A stretch of DNA of 63,665 nt, filler included, from Rhabdomonas costata (GCA_019059605.1; 50 parts of 50 records of this genome joined end to end with filler, not necessarily neighbours in it), one strand, 5' to 3'. Positions 37,082 to 48,379 are shown, numbered from the whole stretch's first letter. The notes: a model not told the origin generated them from the sequence alone. Translations and numbers: made by a program.

Positions 37082-37253
37082 GCTGCCCAACTCCTCCCCT
37101 TAAATTGGCAGTGGCTGATTGGGCACATATTGGACCACGACAAGAAGATCGCGGAGTGCTGCGTGAAGAAGAACATCGACTGCAACAAGTTCCAGTCCGT
37201 CTCTGATGTCATCCCCAAGGGTCCCGTGAAGAGCAAGTTCCATCTTCCGATTG
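37082..37253 (+). CDS. Exon with a hemerythrin-like C-terminal helix
   Basis: ccag| AAQLLPLNWQWLIGHILDHDKKIAEC... |gttggt. WL..HI...DK is the hemerythrin H-x4-D iron-ligand motif. Confidence 0.65.
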
Positions 37254-38409
37254 GTTGGTGCCCACCACCACCACCACCAGATTTTTTTATATGGGTGCCA
37301 TTCTTGTGATCCACAGCCCGTTCTATTTTCTGCAGAGAATTAACATGAGCGTGGCCTTGGTTTGCGTTATCTTGGAGTGGGGCGAAGTATTGCTCATCAC
37401 AAGAAGAGTTTCCTCATTTGCCTCCATTTCCTCCCTGTCAGACTATATGAGCGGGCAATGCCATGACACATCTAAGCCACACGAGTATCAAAGGCTATCG
37501 TATCTCACCGTACTACTCAGCAAGTGCTTCTGCTGGATAGCCGCCCATATGTGATACTCAACTCCACGGTTTGTTTGTGTCCGTGCACACAGAGGCTGGG
37601 ATGCTGCTGTTCTTGCTCCCTGTGGTGGGGCTGTTTGGCTGGTGTGCTTGAGCGTGTCCTCGACTTCTTTTGTGCGCGTTTAAAGGTATTAAACGTTTCC
37701 AGGGGTTAAACGTTCAATGGTCCGGTGCTGCATAGGAGGTAGGAGGCAGCAAAGAGGGGACCGTCAACAGAAAAGTAGAACAGCAGAGAGGTTTCACTGT
37801 GAATCAAAGGGTTGTGGCCGGAGCGGGTCTGTAAGGGACCAGGTCAGAGCTTACAGAGCATCACTTCGAGGAAACACTCTGTGTGGTAGGTTTCTGGTTG
37901 AAGGAGTGTTGAGATGCGGATTTGGACGATGTGCCGATCAGATTTTCCTATCTCACCCTCCGGCTTCTGTGGGTAACTGTTCCCACTGGTGACAGAAAAC
38001 GAATTGCAGGCGCAGAAGGTGAGGTTTGCATTCCGGGAAGCTGGCCGTTGCCGTTCGAGGAACTCCATTTTGCAAAGTTGAAGACCCGTAAAAACTGGCG
38101 GAGGGTTGCTTTTAATAACGCAACAAAGTGCTTTCACGATAGCAAATTCGCATCTCAACACTCCAACAACCNNNNNNNNNNNNNNNNNNNNNNNNNNNNN
38201 NNNNNNNNNNNNNNNTTAATTAATTAANNNNNNNNNNNNNNNNNNNNNNNNNNNNNNNNNNNNNNNNNNNNGTGGGGGGGTGTCAAGCTCCGTCCCCAGC
38301 GCGCTTCCAGTCCACTCCGAGGGTCTACAACGCTCCAGCAACTGTCAATTGCCCCAACTATCACCTTCTGTCTCCTTTTCAAATGGCAGTCACTCCAACA
38401 GGGAAGCAC

Positions 38410-38581
38410 CCGTGCCGCCGATATCTCCGCTTGTCAGCTTCTCCAAAAGCGCCGCCCTGCGCTGCGGGTCCTACAGCAGCATGCCCTGGGCCTCCTTTTC
38501 CTTCGCCAGCTTCTGTCGGCGCTTCGCTCGGCGCCGAGGGTCAGGGCGAGAGGTGACTCGAACGCGGCCTTGCAGCTTCAG
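38410..38581 (-). pseudogene. Exon-like block with an in-frame TAG
   Basis: cag| LKLQGRVRVTSRPDPRRRAKRRQKLAKEKEAQGMLL*DPQRRAALLEKLTSGDIGGT |gtgctt, with TAG at 38473-38471 and coding-like codons on both sides. Confidence 0.35.
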
Positions 38582-39679
38582 CTGAGAAATGCTGCGGAGC
38601 AAAAGGAAAGCGCATCAAGTGGAGAGACTTCAACTGACACGGACCTGTGTTCGAATACAAACGACGCAACCTTCATGTGCCATCCGGTAGTACTCCATTT
38701 GCCTGCAAAACTGGAAATTTTTTCTGGCAAGTTCAGCGCGTATATACAAGTGGTAGTAACGGGAAGTATGGGTGCAAACGAAAACGGTAAGGTGACATCG
38801 CAGGACCACGGAATAAGCTCACTGAAGACGATGGGAATTATACGCGATCTCAAGAGACCAGGCTCATACGGATCCGCTCCGGATCCGTTCCTCTGAGTTA
38901 TAAGGCGTCAGACACACAAAGGGGTGACGCGCCTTAAACACCACAGTGTTATAAGGCGCGTTAGACCCTTAAAGACCTTAAACTCACAACAACCCTAACC
39001 TGTGTTTTCCGGAGGTCTTATGCGTTACAAACAGTCGCAAACATTACCCCCGTGGTCTGCGCATGCCGAAAACCTGGAACGTGGTGGTTCGTATGATACA
39101 CAATTGTTAAATTTTTTTTTCGAAGAGAGATACAATGAGCATGCAACAAATGAATTGAATTCACGAAGGCATTTTTACTGTTGCACATTAAAATGGCCGG
39201 GTGAATCGCTGGACGTCACAATTGATACATTGAAGATGACATTTATAAAGGTTCCGACAACTCTGGTTGAAATGCATTTTATGTTTCTCCGAGTTTCGGC
39301 TAACTATCCTTTTAAAAAACCAAAAATAAGAACTATACTCAGTGAAATCATGACTTGGACAAAAACAATAACTACGATAACTTCAACAACAAGTGCACCC
39401 TTCCCACTTTCTCCCCGAAAAACAGCAGCACTTTCTGCACACCCACANNNNNNNNNNNNNNNNNNNNNNNNNNNNNNNNNNNNNNNNNNNNTTAATTAAT
39501 TAANNNNNNNNNNNNNNNNNNNNNNNNNNNNNNNNNNNNNNNNNNNNGTTTTGTGTTTCCGCGCCAATGTTGCTGTTACAATCGTCCTGTGTCCATCCTG
39601 TGATCATCCAACCGTGTGGCCCTCTGTTGCTCCAGTGATGCGGTGTTTGTGTTTTGCTTTTCTTTCCTTGTTAAAACAG

Positions 39680-40296
39680 AAAGTCCTGGAGCTTCCCCGG
39701 GTTCCCGTCCTCATTGGTGTGACGCAGCAGCAGACCTTCATGGCGTGCCTGCACATACTGCTGTCGTCCATCCCTGAAGGCATAATTAGCTCCTTTTTCT
39801 CCTGACGAAGCTTTGCTGTGTTTTTTTTCTTTTTCTTGGTTGGTCTGAAGCCGTCTAAGAAAAGGGTACCTGTCTCTCAGTTCCTCACAGGTCTGGCTTT
39901 CTCCGGCTCACATTCCTCGCAATCAGCCTCCCTATTTACCAACCGGTTGTTAGCCCGCTGAGTCCAATGCTTTTTCCCGACAATAAACAGGCGATGTCCC
40001 CGTAACTGCGGCTATCATTTTAAAAGCCTGGTCATGCAAATCGCGGGGCACAAGTTCGCGGTCCTCGCTGACGCAGGGGCGAAAGACCTTACCGATCCCA
40101 TGCTTTTGTGGATAGAAGGATGCACCTGTATTTTAATGGGACAGGTGTGGATCCTTTCCCAGATTCATGTTTATGCCGTCGCTCTTTCAGACGATGACGA
40201 GGACCCTTTGTCGGGGCAGCTGGAAGAGTTGCAGTCTCAGGTTGGGGTCCGGGACATCACACTGAAGCTGGAGTTTCTGCTTAGCATCCTTGAGAG
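39680..40296 (+). CDS. Two exons of an unknown protein joined by a GC-AG intron
   Basis: 39680-39779 (KVLELPRVPVLIGVTQQQTFMACLHILLSSIPE) and 40191-40296 (DDDEDPLSGQLEELQSQVGVRDITLKLEFLLSILER) join in phase 1 using the donor AAG|gcataa. Confidence 0.6.
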
Positions 40297-40848
40297 GTTC
40301 TGGGGTGGAGTGAAGTGGGGCGAGAAAACGGTTTTTCATTACGTTTTGAGTGTATTGGTTGGTTGTGAAGGTTGTTTTACGTGTCAATGTCAGCTTGTGC
40401 TCAGTAGTGCGTTAATTTTGTGTGCGGATAAGTTTTATTTGCTTTCTTCTATTCGATGGATAACTATAACAATAGGAATCTGTCAGCCACTTCCACAGGG
40501 TGGAAAAAGGTCTCGCATCTGTTACTGTGATTGTGAACTGTGAAAAATTTCCTTTTCTCACCGATCCACCGTCGGGCAATTGTGGACTTTTTTCGTGCTA
40601 TTGCTGTAACTTCTCGCTTGCTAAGTGATTTGCTGCAGTTGCTAAAACCCCGTGAGGCGTTTGGCAGGACCAAAACAGGCAACCGACCAAAATCCCCAAA
40701 AACCAACAAACGAACCCCCCCCCNNNNNNNNNNNNNNNNNNNNNNNNNNNNNNNNNNNNNNNNNNNNTTAATTAATTAANNNNNNNNNNNNNNNNNNNNN
40801 NNNNNNNNNNNNNNNNNNNNNNNCGGAACGGACCTAACGGTACCAACT

Positions 40849-41070
40849 GGGTTCCGTGATGGCATGGAAGCGTTTTGTGTCGAGTGCTGGGCACACCCCA
40901 TGCGTGCACCGCCTCCCAACTCAGTGCTGGCCTTCTGTTGCAAATCCAGGGGTACGTCTGTGGCGCTTAGGTGTTTGGCTCAGTCCGCGCCGGCTGGCCT
41001 TCGCGCGAAAATAATCTGTCCTAGGGGTTCCGTGATTGCATGGAAGCGTTTTGCGCCTAGTGCTGGGTAC
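40849..41070. repeat. Pair of ~46-bp imperfect direct repeats
   Basis: GGGTTCCGTGAT(g/t)GCATGGAAGCGTTTTG...AGTGCTGGG at 40849-40894 and 41025-41070. Confidence 0.8.
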
Positions 41071-43064
41071 GTTTTCTCACGCGCTTGTGTCAAGTTGCTT
41101 TCATTTGAACTATGTGTCGACCACCAAAGGCTTCTGTGAGATGGTAGAAGAAGGTGATGGAAAACATATTATGCGGATGGTTGAGTAGCGATCACTATTC
41201 ACGGCTTAATAGCGCAGTTACGCAAAAGCGAATAGCGGGAAGGGGGGGGGGAGTCCATGGCCGAGCCGAGGCATTTATTTCAGCTCATATGTTCCTCTTT
41301 TTCGTTTTTCTGTTACAAAGTGCAACAAAAGAGTCACTTTTTAGTCCAAAGCTCCAACTGCAGTAGATGCAGCACATGGGCTTCCAAGATTGCTCGCGTG
41401 GACTGACCTCTGGTGTGTTGGCACACCCGGGCTGCATCGATTGCCTTCTGGTGGCAATTTCTTAGAAGCAAACGGTGACACTACCATTCAAAATGAAAAA
41501 CTCGTGGCAGAACGAAATGCCCTTCGGCATACACGCTTTTGGAACGGAACTTTAGCTTGCCAAAAATGAAAGAGCCGCCTCTACCTGTGAAAATGTGCCT
41601 GAACTGCCTTAGCTTTGACCTCTGAGTCATTCCCTGTGTAAAACAAGGGATTCCCTCGAAATGCTCACCAGAGAGTTGTGTCCACCGCGACAGATGAGAA
41701 AAACTAACCCTGACCTGAAGATGATCCCCCCCAAGCAATAATGCGACTTTTGCGGGTGTTTCCATCGCAGTCTACGGGACCAGGCCATGTGCCTTCAGCG
41801 GCAGAGGCAATCTATAGCCCTGAATTCTGCTTTCAAGAGGCCACATTTTTTCCATGGGTCCTGAAACAAGTAACAGTGGCAACCCGCCGATCCCCAAAAT
41901 ACAGTATAAAAAAGCAAGTAAAAAGTGCAGAGGAAGAGAGGTCCAGGAGTGGTGGCGTTCATCGTACCGCCCGCACACCAACCGTCGTTTTGCCCCCACN
42001 NNNNNNNNNNNNNNNNNNNNNNNNNNNNNNNNNNNNNNNNNNNTTAATTAATTAANNNNNNNNNNNNNNNNNNNNNNNNNNNNNNNNNNNNNNNNNNNNT
42101 GTGTTAGGTGTGTTTAGGGTTTTTTGGATTTGCATGTGATACAAGTTTCAGTCTAGTATCAACAATTAATAGTAACACTCAAGAGTGGTTCTGGGTGAAA
42201 TACAGAGGTCCACTCATGCATTATGTTATACTCCAGGATACATTTAGCAAAAGTTAATGGCAGTGGAAACGGCAGGACTCCAAATGACAGGCCATGGAGC
42301 AATAATAGATTTCTTGCAGTGGGTTAGGACGCATTGCACGTGCACGGAGTCCGGAGGGACGGAGGTCACCACGAAACTTATCTACTGTTAGGGAGTGTTC
42401 TCCTGCAATGTTCCCTGCTGTCTAGCATCCGTGATGGTTACTTCCAATGACTCTTGGTGTGTTTCGTGATATTCCTTGTGGCATGTCATTTGGAGTTATG
42501 CCGTTTATACATCAGTGGTAATTGAATGTAAATGCATTTTGTCTCCAATGTCTAAATTTAATGACACATTTATCATTACTGTGATTGCTCATTCAATTAG
42601 CTTGAGAAGCAACTCAACATGCTTGGAGTTGATGCACAGAACTGATGTATAAATGCAGGCACATAAAACTGTTGACGTTTCATAGTTTTTCAAAACTCAA
42701 ACGCACACTTTGAGTGAATTATAATACGTGTTGTTTTTAGAGCAAAAACAGCGAAGTAATGTCAACAAAATATGTTTTCTTCCAAAACCAGATAAAAATG
42801 TGATTTAGGTGCACCATTTGTTGACCTTGTGATTGATATTTGTTAATAACGTTCTAGTAAAAGTGGCAAACACCACTTGAGTTGCGTAATCTTAATAAAA
42901 GTTCCATTCAAATGTTTGCTTTATCTGCCGCAAAAAAAAAAAATAGAATTTATGCAAGTTTAATGTGCCGCACAGATAATTGTGAACAAAACTTCCATGC
43001 ACTGAGAATATATGTCAAAGTATTCGGCATAACTTTCGCAGTGACCCTTTTTCTAGGGGACACT

Positions 43065-43275
43065 GGCAAGGCTTCCTAACCCACTGCGAGAGAAATAAAA
43101 GCACACATCACTGGAAATGCCCGTCACGAATGTGCTCCATCAAAGTGAGGAAATGGTCCTTTCCACACACGTTGGCTCTCCACTGGAATTCATTTACATA
43201 TCCAGGCAAGTGTCCGTCAGGAACACCACCCTTCGCCCTGATCCAGTTCTTCAGTCTGCCACATGTTCCATCAAT
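43065..43275 (-). mobile_element. Merlin (IS1595/ISXO2-like DDE) transposon 3' end: transposase C-terminus plus TIR
   Basis: 43275-43108 reads IDGTCGRLKNWIRAKGGVPDGHLPGYVNEFQWRANVCGKDHFLTLMEHIRDGHFQ*, matching IEg.W..lK......G....hl..Yl.EF.wR.n....F..ll..I. A GG-initiated TIR-like GGCAAGGCTTCCTAACCCACTGC starts at 43065. Confidence 0.85.
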
Positions 43276-44651
43276 NNNNNNNNNNNNNNNNNNNNNNNNN
43301 NNNNNNNNNNNNNNNNNNNTTAATTAATTAANNNNNNNNNNNNNNNNNNNNNNNNNNNNNNNNNNNNNNNNNNNNGCTGTTTTTTGAACTTGATCCACCC
43401 TCACTCTGCTGTTCTCGTGGCGAATTCTTCATCTGACACCTCCTTTGCCTGTAAATGGGCCAGTGGGATGGACGTGCAGGTCGGAATCCGGGAGGGAGTA
43501 CTTATTCTCAGATGTCCTCTCTGCTGAAGATGAATGAGCTCAATCTGATTCCGCTAAGCTTGGGGTCTCGCTGATGGGCTTGGGCAGTAGCCCTATTCTG
43601 GGGACAAATTGCAAATTTTTTTGGGGGGGGGTCGTTAAACGTTTTGGACTTTATGGATCGATTGGGACAACATTATAATTCCGAGAAAACGTGCATCTAC
43701 GGCATTACCAACCAACATGCCAGTTGCTGATCTTGCCTTCCTCCATTGGCTCCGCAGCTTGATTGGAAGGTTCCTCACCATGCTGAGGAAGGCAGCTGGT
43801 TTGTCGAGCCCCCCCGCCCAACAAATAACTCCAAAACTGACTAAGTGCCCATTAAATGACTTCTTTGGATGAGTTTTTAATCCTTCGGATTTTTCCTTTT
43901 TCCTGCCTGCAATTATAACTAGACCAAAAAGCTGATTTTTCGAAAGACCCACCTCAGAAAGAGTAGCGTGCAGAGAATTTGGTGGACGGGTGGGGCACAA
44001 CCCTCTGTGGCTCACTCTGATCTCTCTGTGGATCTCTCCGATCGCAGCTTTGACTGTTCGCGCTGTCCCTTGTGTACATTTTGCTTTCTTTATTTCTGCG
44101 TGTACTCCTTCACGTCCAATCGATATGCAGTCGGGATCCGGCCGGCGGGCGGAGCGCGTTTCGACATCCATGGAGTGGACAGAGCCGTATTCCCCCTCTC
44201 CCCCTTTTTCAGCGTTTGCTCTCCCTTCCTATTTTTCCGTGTGGCGGTTGCCCGTAGATTAAATTAAGGTCTCAGCCTCATCAGTTGCCAGAGCCAATCA
44301 AGTTGTTTCCGCGTGCTGGTGTCGGTGGCGGCTTCCGGAAATACCTCTATGCTGTCCGGGCGTGATCCGGCGACAACAAAGCCGAGCCTTAGTGTGTGAG
44401 GAATCCTTTATTCCTGTGTGCTGTGTATTCATGTGTGTACTTCCCTTTCCTGCCCTTTTCCCGCATCTCGTGTATGGCTACTTGCCACTCCCGCTACACG
44501 GGCTTTATGACCAAAATACCCAAACAGGCGCTTAACGCCGAAAAAAACAAANNNNNNNNNNNNNNNNNNNNNNNNNNNNNNNNNNNNNNNNNNNNTTAAT
44601 TAATTAANNNNNNNNNNNNNNNNNNNNNNNNNNNNNNNNNNNNNNNNNNNN

Positions 44652-45531
44652 GGTGTTTGGTATAGGTCGTGCCTTGAGGACAGGCAACAGCGCTCGCGTC
44701 CGGGGGAAGGCTGGGCACGCCACAGTCCACAACTAAGTGAACAGATAGACAAACGATGGCGACTGGGAGCAGAAAGACAAAGAGATGAACAAGCACGCCT
44801 AAAATGGCACAGCTCCCACGGCTCTTTAAGCACTTCCCGTTTCATTCTAAACCGGACTAGGCCTGAGCATTTTCACCAATAGGGCGTCGCTTTTCTCCGA
44901 CTCTGCTCCCAATATCTCTCCTAAAGCCCTAGATGCGAATGGCGCGAAATACGAACGATGGATTTATTAAGGAAACCGTCCTCAGCGCAGACTCATCCGC
45001 GGGCGCCGAGGGCCTGGAGCAAGGGCAGTTGGGGAAAGACTAATTGACTACCGTTCCTCTTATCGTACCCTAGCTAGGCCTAGACAACACAAAACCAAGC
45101 ACTCCATCCACAGGGTCTGTCCACCCCAAACCTGCGTACAAGGAGCTAATTTTAAGGCATCTTACATTGCATCCCTCTAAATACCCCTTGAATCACCACA
45201 AAAATGTCTCGTCAGGATAGCTCCATTCCCTTAAACAGCCAAAAGATCAGACAAAACCCTGACATTGTGCACCACCAAATCAAAACGCGCACATTCTCGC
45301 GCATATTCCTTTTTGATGAAGGGGAGGTCACAGTCCGCGTACCTTTACAGTTCCACTCCTGCGCCCACCACCGGTAGTGGCCCTGGAACACAGTGCTGGC
45401 GCAGATCAGGGTGCCCCCGCCGGTGTAGCCCGGTGCGCAGGAAAAGCTGCAGCTCTGCCCGAAGGTCGTGCCCGAGGGACAGCTTGGGGAGGTCGCGGGG
45501 TAGGGAGGGCTTGGGAAGCCGCAGTCAGCAA
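44652..45531 (-). CDS. Tandem Sushi/CCP-like domain protein, one module per exon
   Basis: Exon 45531-45343 (189 nt, phase 1-1) reads ADCGFPSPPYPATSPSCPSGTTFGQSCSFSCAPGYTGGGTLICASTVFQGHYRWWAQEWNCK. The next exon, 44732-44652, starts the homologous VDCGVPSLPPDASAVACPQGTTY. Confidence 0.8.
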
Positions 45532-46161
45532 CTGCAAGAGGTGCGAGGGCAGAGTGAGATTAGCGCTTTGAACAGATCTACCATATACGACAATAATAAT
45601 ACTTGCAAAAGACACGACCCGACACAATAATTCAAGGTATTGCTGGTAGTTAGAAAACCCTTCTTCGTAAATCCTCCTAGCGCAGTCCTCCTAGCGCAAT
45701 CCTCCTACCGCCACAAGCGACCAAACCGCGGCTGCACCACCTCCTCCAAAGATAAGGAAAGCAGAAAGAGCCCACCAACCTTGACATCCTCCTGGCTGAT
45801 CCCAAACCCCAACCAAACACACCAACANNNNNNNNNNNNNNNNNNNNNNNNNNNNNNNNNNNNNNNNNNNNTTAATTAATTAANNNNNNNNNNNNNNNNN
45901 NNNNNNNNNNNNNNNNNNNNNNNNNNNTTGTTGGTAGCCCTTTGGTTCTCTGCTAATCTGTCTTCGAACATTGCATCGTAATTTTATAGAAGTGCAAGCG
46001 ACTTCTAGCTCCTCGGTATTATGCGGAACGAGCGAGAGGTTTTCACCAAGTGGAGGAACGAATTATCACGGCACTTGACTTTCATACCCTCTCCTTTTAC
46101 TGCGTTACCTTGTTTGTCCCAACCATCTGTATTTTTGTCACCTGCCTATGCCCTTGCTTAG

Positions 46162-46280
46162 GGACTACTTCAAAGTTCTGCGGAAAGAGCTGTGCATAGG
46201 AGTCATTTGTGGATTGTCGCTGGCGGCGATCGGGTACGCGCGTATCATGGTGTATGTCTCACAAGTCCACGAAGAAGAAG
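46162..46280 (+). CDS. mgtE: MgtE-family Mg2+ transporter, transmembrane exon
   Basis: ttag| DYFKVLRKELCIGVICGLSLAAIGYARIMVY... |gtacgc, matching MgtE TM rD..kvl.kEl.vG...Gl.l...g..R. Confidence 0.7.
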
Positions 46281-47525
46281 GTACGCTTCTGTCTCTCACC
46301 CATTCCACCCCTATGAAGTGCACGGAAAGGTGGTGGGGTGATGCCATAACTGTCAGCCATAACATCTACCCCCGGAATTGGCTTGGGACGTGAAAGTGAC
46401 TGTCGGTTTTTGGACCAGTGAAATGGACGTCAGTCATGAACCACCGCTCCCGGACGACTGGTCCAATAAGCGTTTAGTTTTTAAATGCAAATGGTGCGTG
46501 CAGTGTGTAAATGCCAGCGGAGATGACAAATCTCGGATCGGGTGCAATTGCACTATGCCCCGTTCAAGAACAATTGGACCTTCAGCTTGCTGTGCAGTTG
46601 AAGAGATACAGGTCGCGCTGGTCCCGAAAGGGAACTGTGTGGTTGTGGAAAGTGAATTCACCCTTCCTTGAATTCCCCCGGATCTCAGAGCGAGACAGGT
46701 CCGCCTTTGTGGTCTGGGTGATTGAGACACCTTTTTCCTGTTTTTCCATGTTTCATTTTGTCCGCTTCCTTGGAAAGACTCCATTTTTACCGGAACAATT
46801 TTTCAAAGTGCCCAAGAAGAAGTCCATTTACCCGACCGGTGTGTTGAATCTGTACCTGCAGAAGATGAAGAAACAAACAATGGAATGTTAAGTGAAAAGG
46901 AATTATTTCTTTTTCTCGGCCTGCAGGAGAAGTTCCAATGAGCTACCCTGCGCCAGAGTCTATATGGGCACTCTTTTGAGTACTGTGCCCATTTTCGCAT
47001 CGTCGGTGGGTTGGCGTAAATATCTGGGTTAGCGAGCAGCAAACGCAGACTGGGCGCTCCCCAGAGACGCAGTTTATTGTGCCAGTGATGTTTCCCAAAA
47101 ACCNNNNNNNNNNNNNNNNNNNNNNNNNNNNNNNNNNNNNNNNNNNNTTAATTAATTAANNNNNNNNNNNNNNNNNNNNNNNNNNNNNNNNNNNNNNNNN
47201 NNNTGGTGGGTGTGGTTGGGGGGTTGGTGTGTTGTTGTTGTTTTGCCTGTTTTCCAATTCTGCGAACTCTGTCACCTTTGCCCTTTGCTGTGCTGTGATT
47301 AACTGAATAGCTTGTTCTGTGTGGGGTGACGTTCCTGTAACATGGGATCTCACCTCACCCCACCCCCTCATTTCAGGGATGGCAAGTCTCTCCCCGCCAC
47401 AGTCTCGATTATCCACTGAGCCTGCCGCTGTTTTGGCATCTGCTGCTGAGAACCAAAGGTCTCTCTCCCACACAAAAGATAAGACACTTTACCGTTAAAA
47501 AATTCACTTACTACTTCCCCACAGG

Positions 47526-47725
47526 TTGCGCTCGAAACCCTGCGCATGGGTGCTATTAGTGTTGGGTAGGGGGAGGGGTAGCCATTGCTGGTGGTAACAG
47601 TTCTATCGGAACGTACATTATAAAGTGATTAAGGAAGACTGCCCTCCTAGGCCAAAGCATAAGTTAGTCCTTCGGGGCTAATTTAGGTGCCGGTAGCAGT
47701 GGCACGGTTTACTAAACCCCCTTCA
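47526..47725 (+). ncRNA. Candidate structured RNA of unknown class
   Basis: An 11-bp stem with G-U pairs closed by C(UUCG)G (47660-47685), a long-range helix 47581-47590/47694-47703 and a crossing helix 47572-47577/47642-47647. Confidence 0.3.
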
Positions 47726-48086
47726 GTCATATTGAGATCATTTCAAAGGTTTTGGGGCATTTAAAATGTCGGTATTGTCGTTTTCTTTTCGGTTGTCCCC
47801 GCTAATCGTGACTCCCCCCCTCCCGGTCGCGAGGAAACAGGTTGGTGCTCATAGAGACCTGGAGGTGGAGAATCTCAGGGTGTCAGTTTCCCATTGATCA
47901 GGTTCCCATAAGGGTGGGCGTTGGGGGAAAGTGCATCGATGATTTTTACCGGTTAAGGACGAGCTTCGGTTTTCAAACCACCACGCCGCTAACCTTCTTT
48001 TTTTCTCTCTGGACTCTTTTGGCTCGGGTTGGGAAAGGCGCTTTCGAACCTCAACCTCTCCCACCTTTTGTCCTGACTCCTCGCAG

Positions 48087-48379
48087 CTTCCACTCTCCTA
48101 CAAGCTCCGAGGCTGTTGCTGCGCCTGAGTTGTCGGGAGCAATCCTGAGAACTACGTCCCGCGGTTCATCACTTTCTTCCGTTTCGGGTGGCGACATCAG
48201 GCTCGACCGGGCAGTCAATGCCTCCCTTACCCCCGCCCGCGTTCCACTCTCTACACTTCCACACCTGAGCGTCCCTGGCCCCCTCTCGCCTCTACGCCAG
48301 CGCTCGGTTCCCTTCGAGGAAGCATCACCCAACCAAACCATTTCCTCGGAACCCCCTCCTCTACAGTCCTCGACCCAAA
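48087..48379 (+). CDS. Ser/Pro-rich low-complexity exon, unknown protein
   Basis: Pyrimidine tract-cag| followed by an open frame to the contig end (FHSPTSSEAVAAPELSGAILRTTSRGSS...). Confidence 0.4.

Noticed and set aside
31895..37253. Apparent signalling cluster (Cache sensor, squalene synthase, PAS, cyclase, hemerythrin) as a novel system
   Set aside because: Each piece lies on a separate contig, adjacent only because of length sorting.
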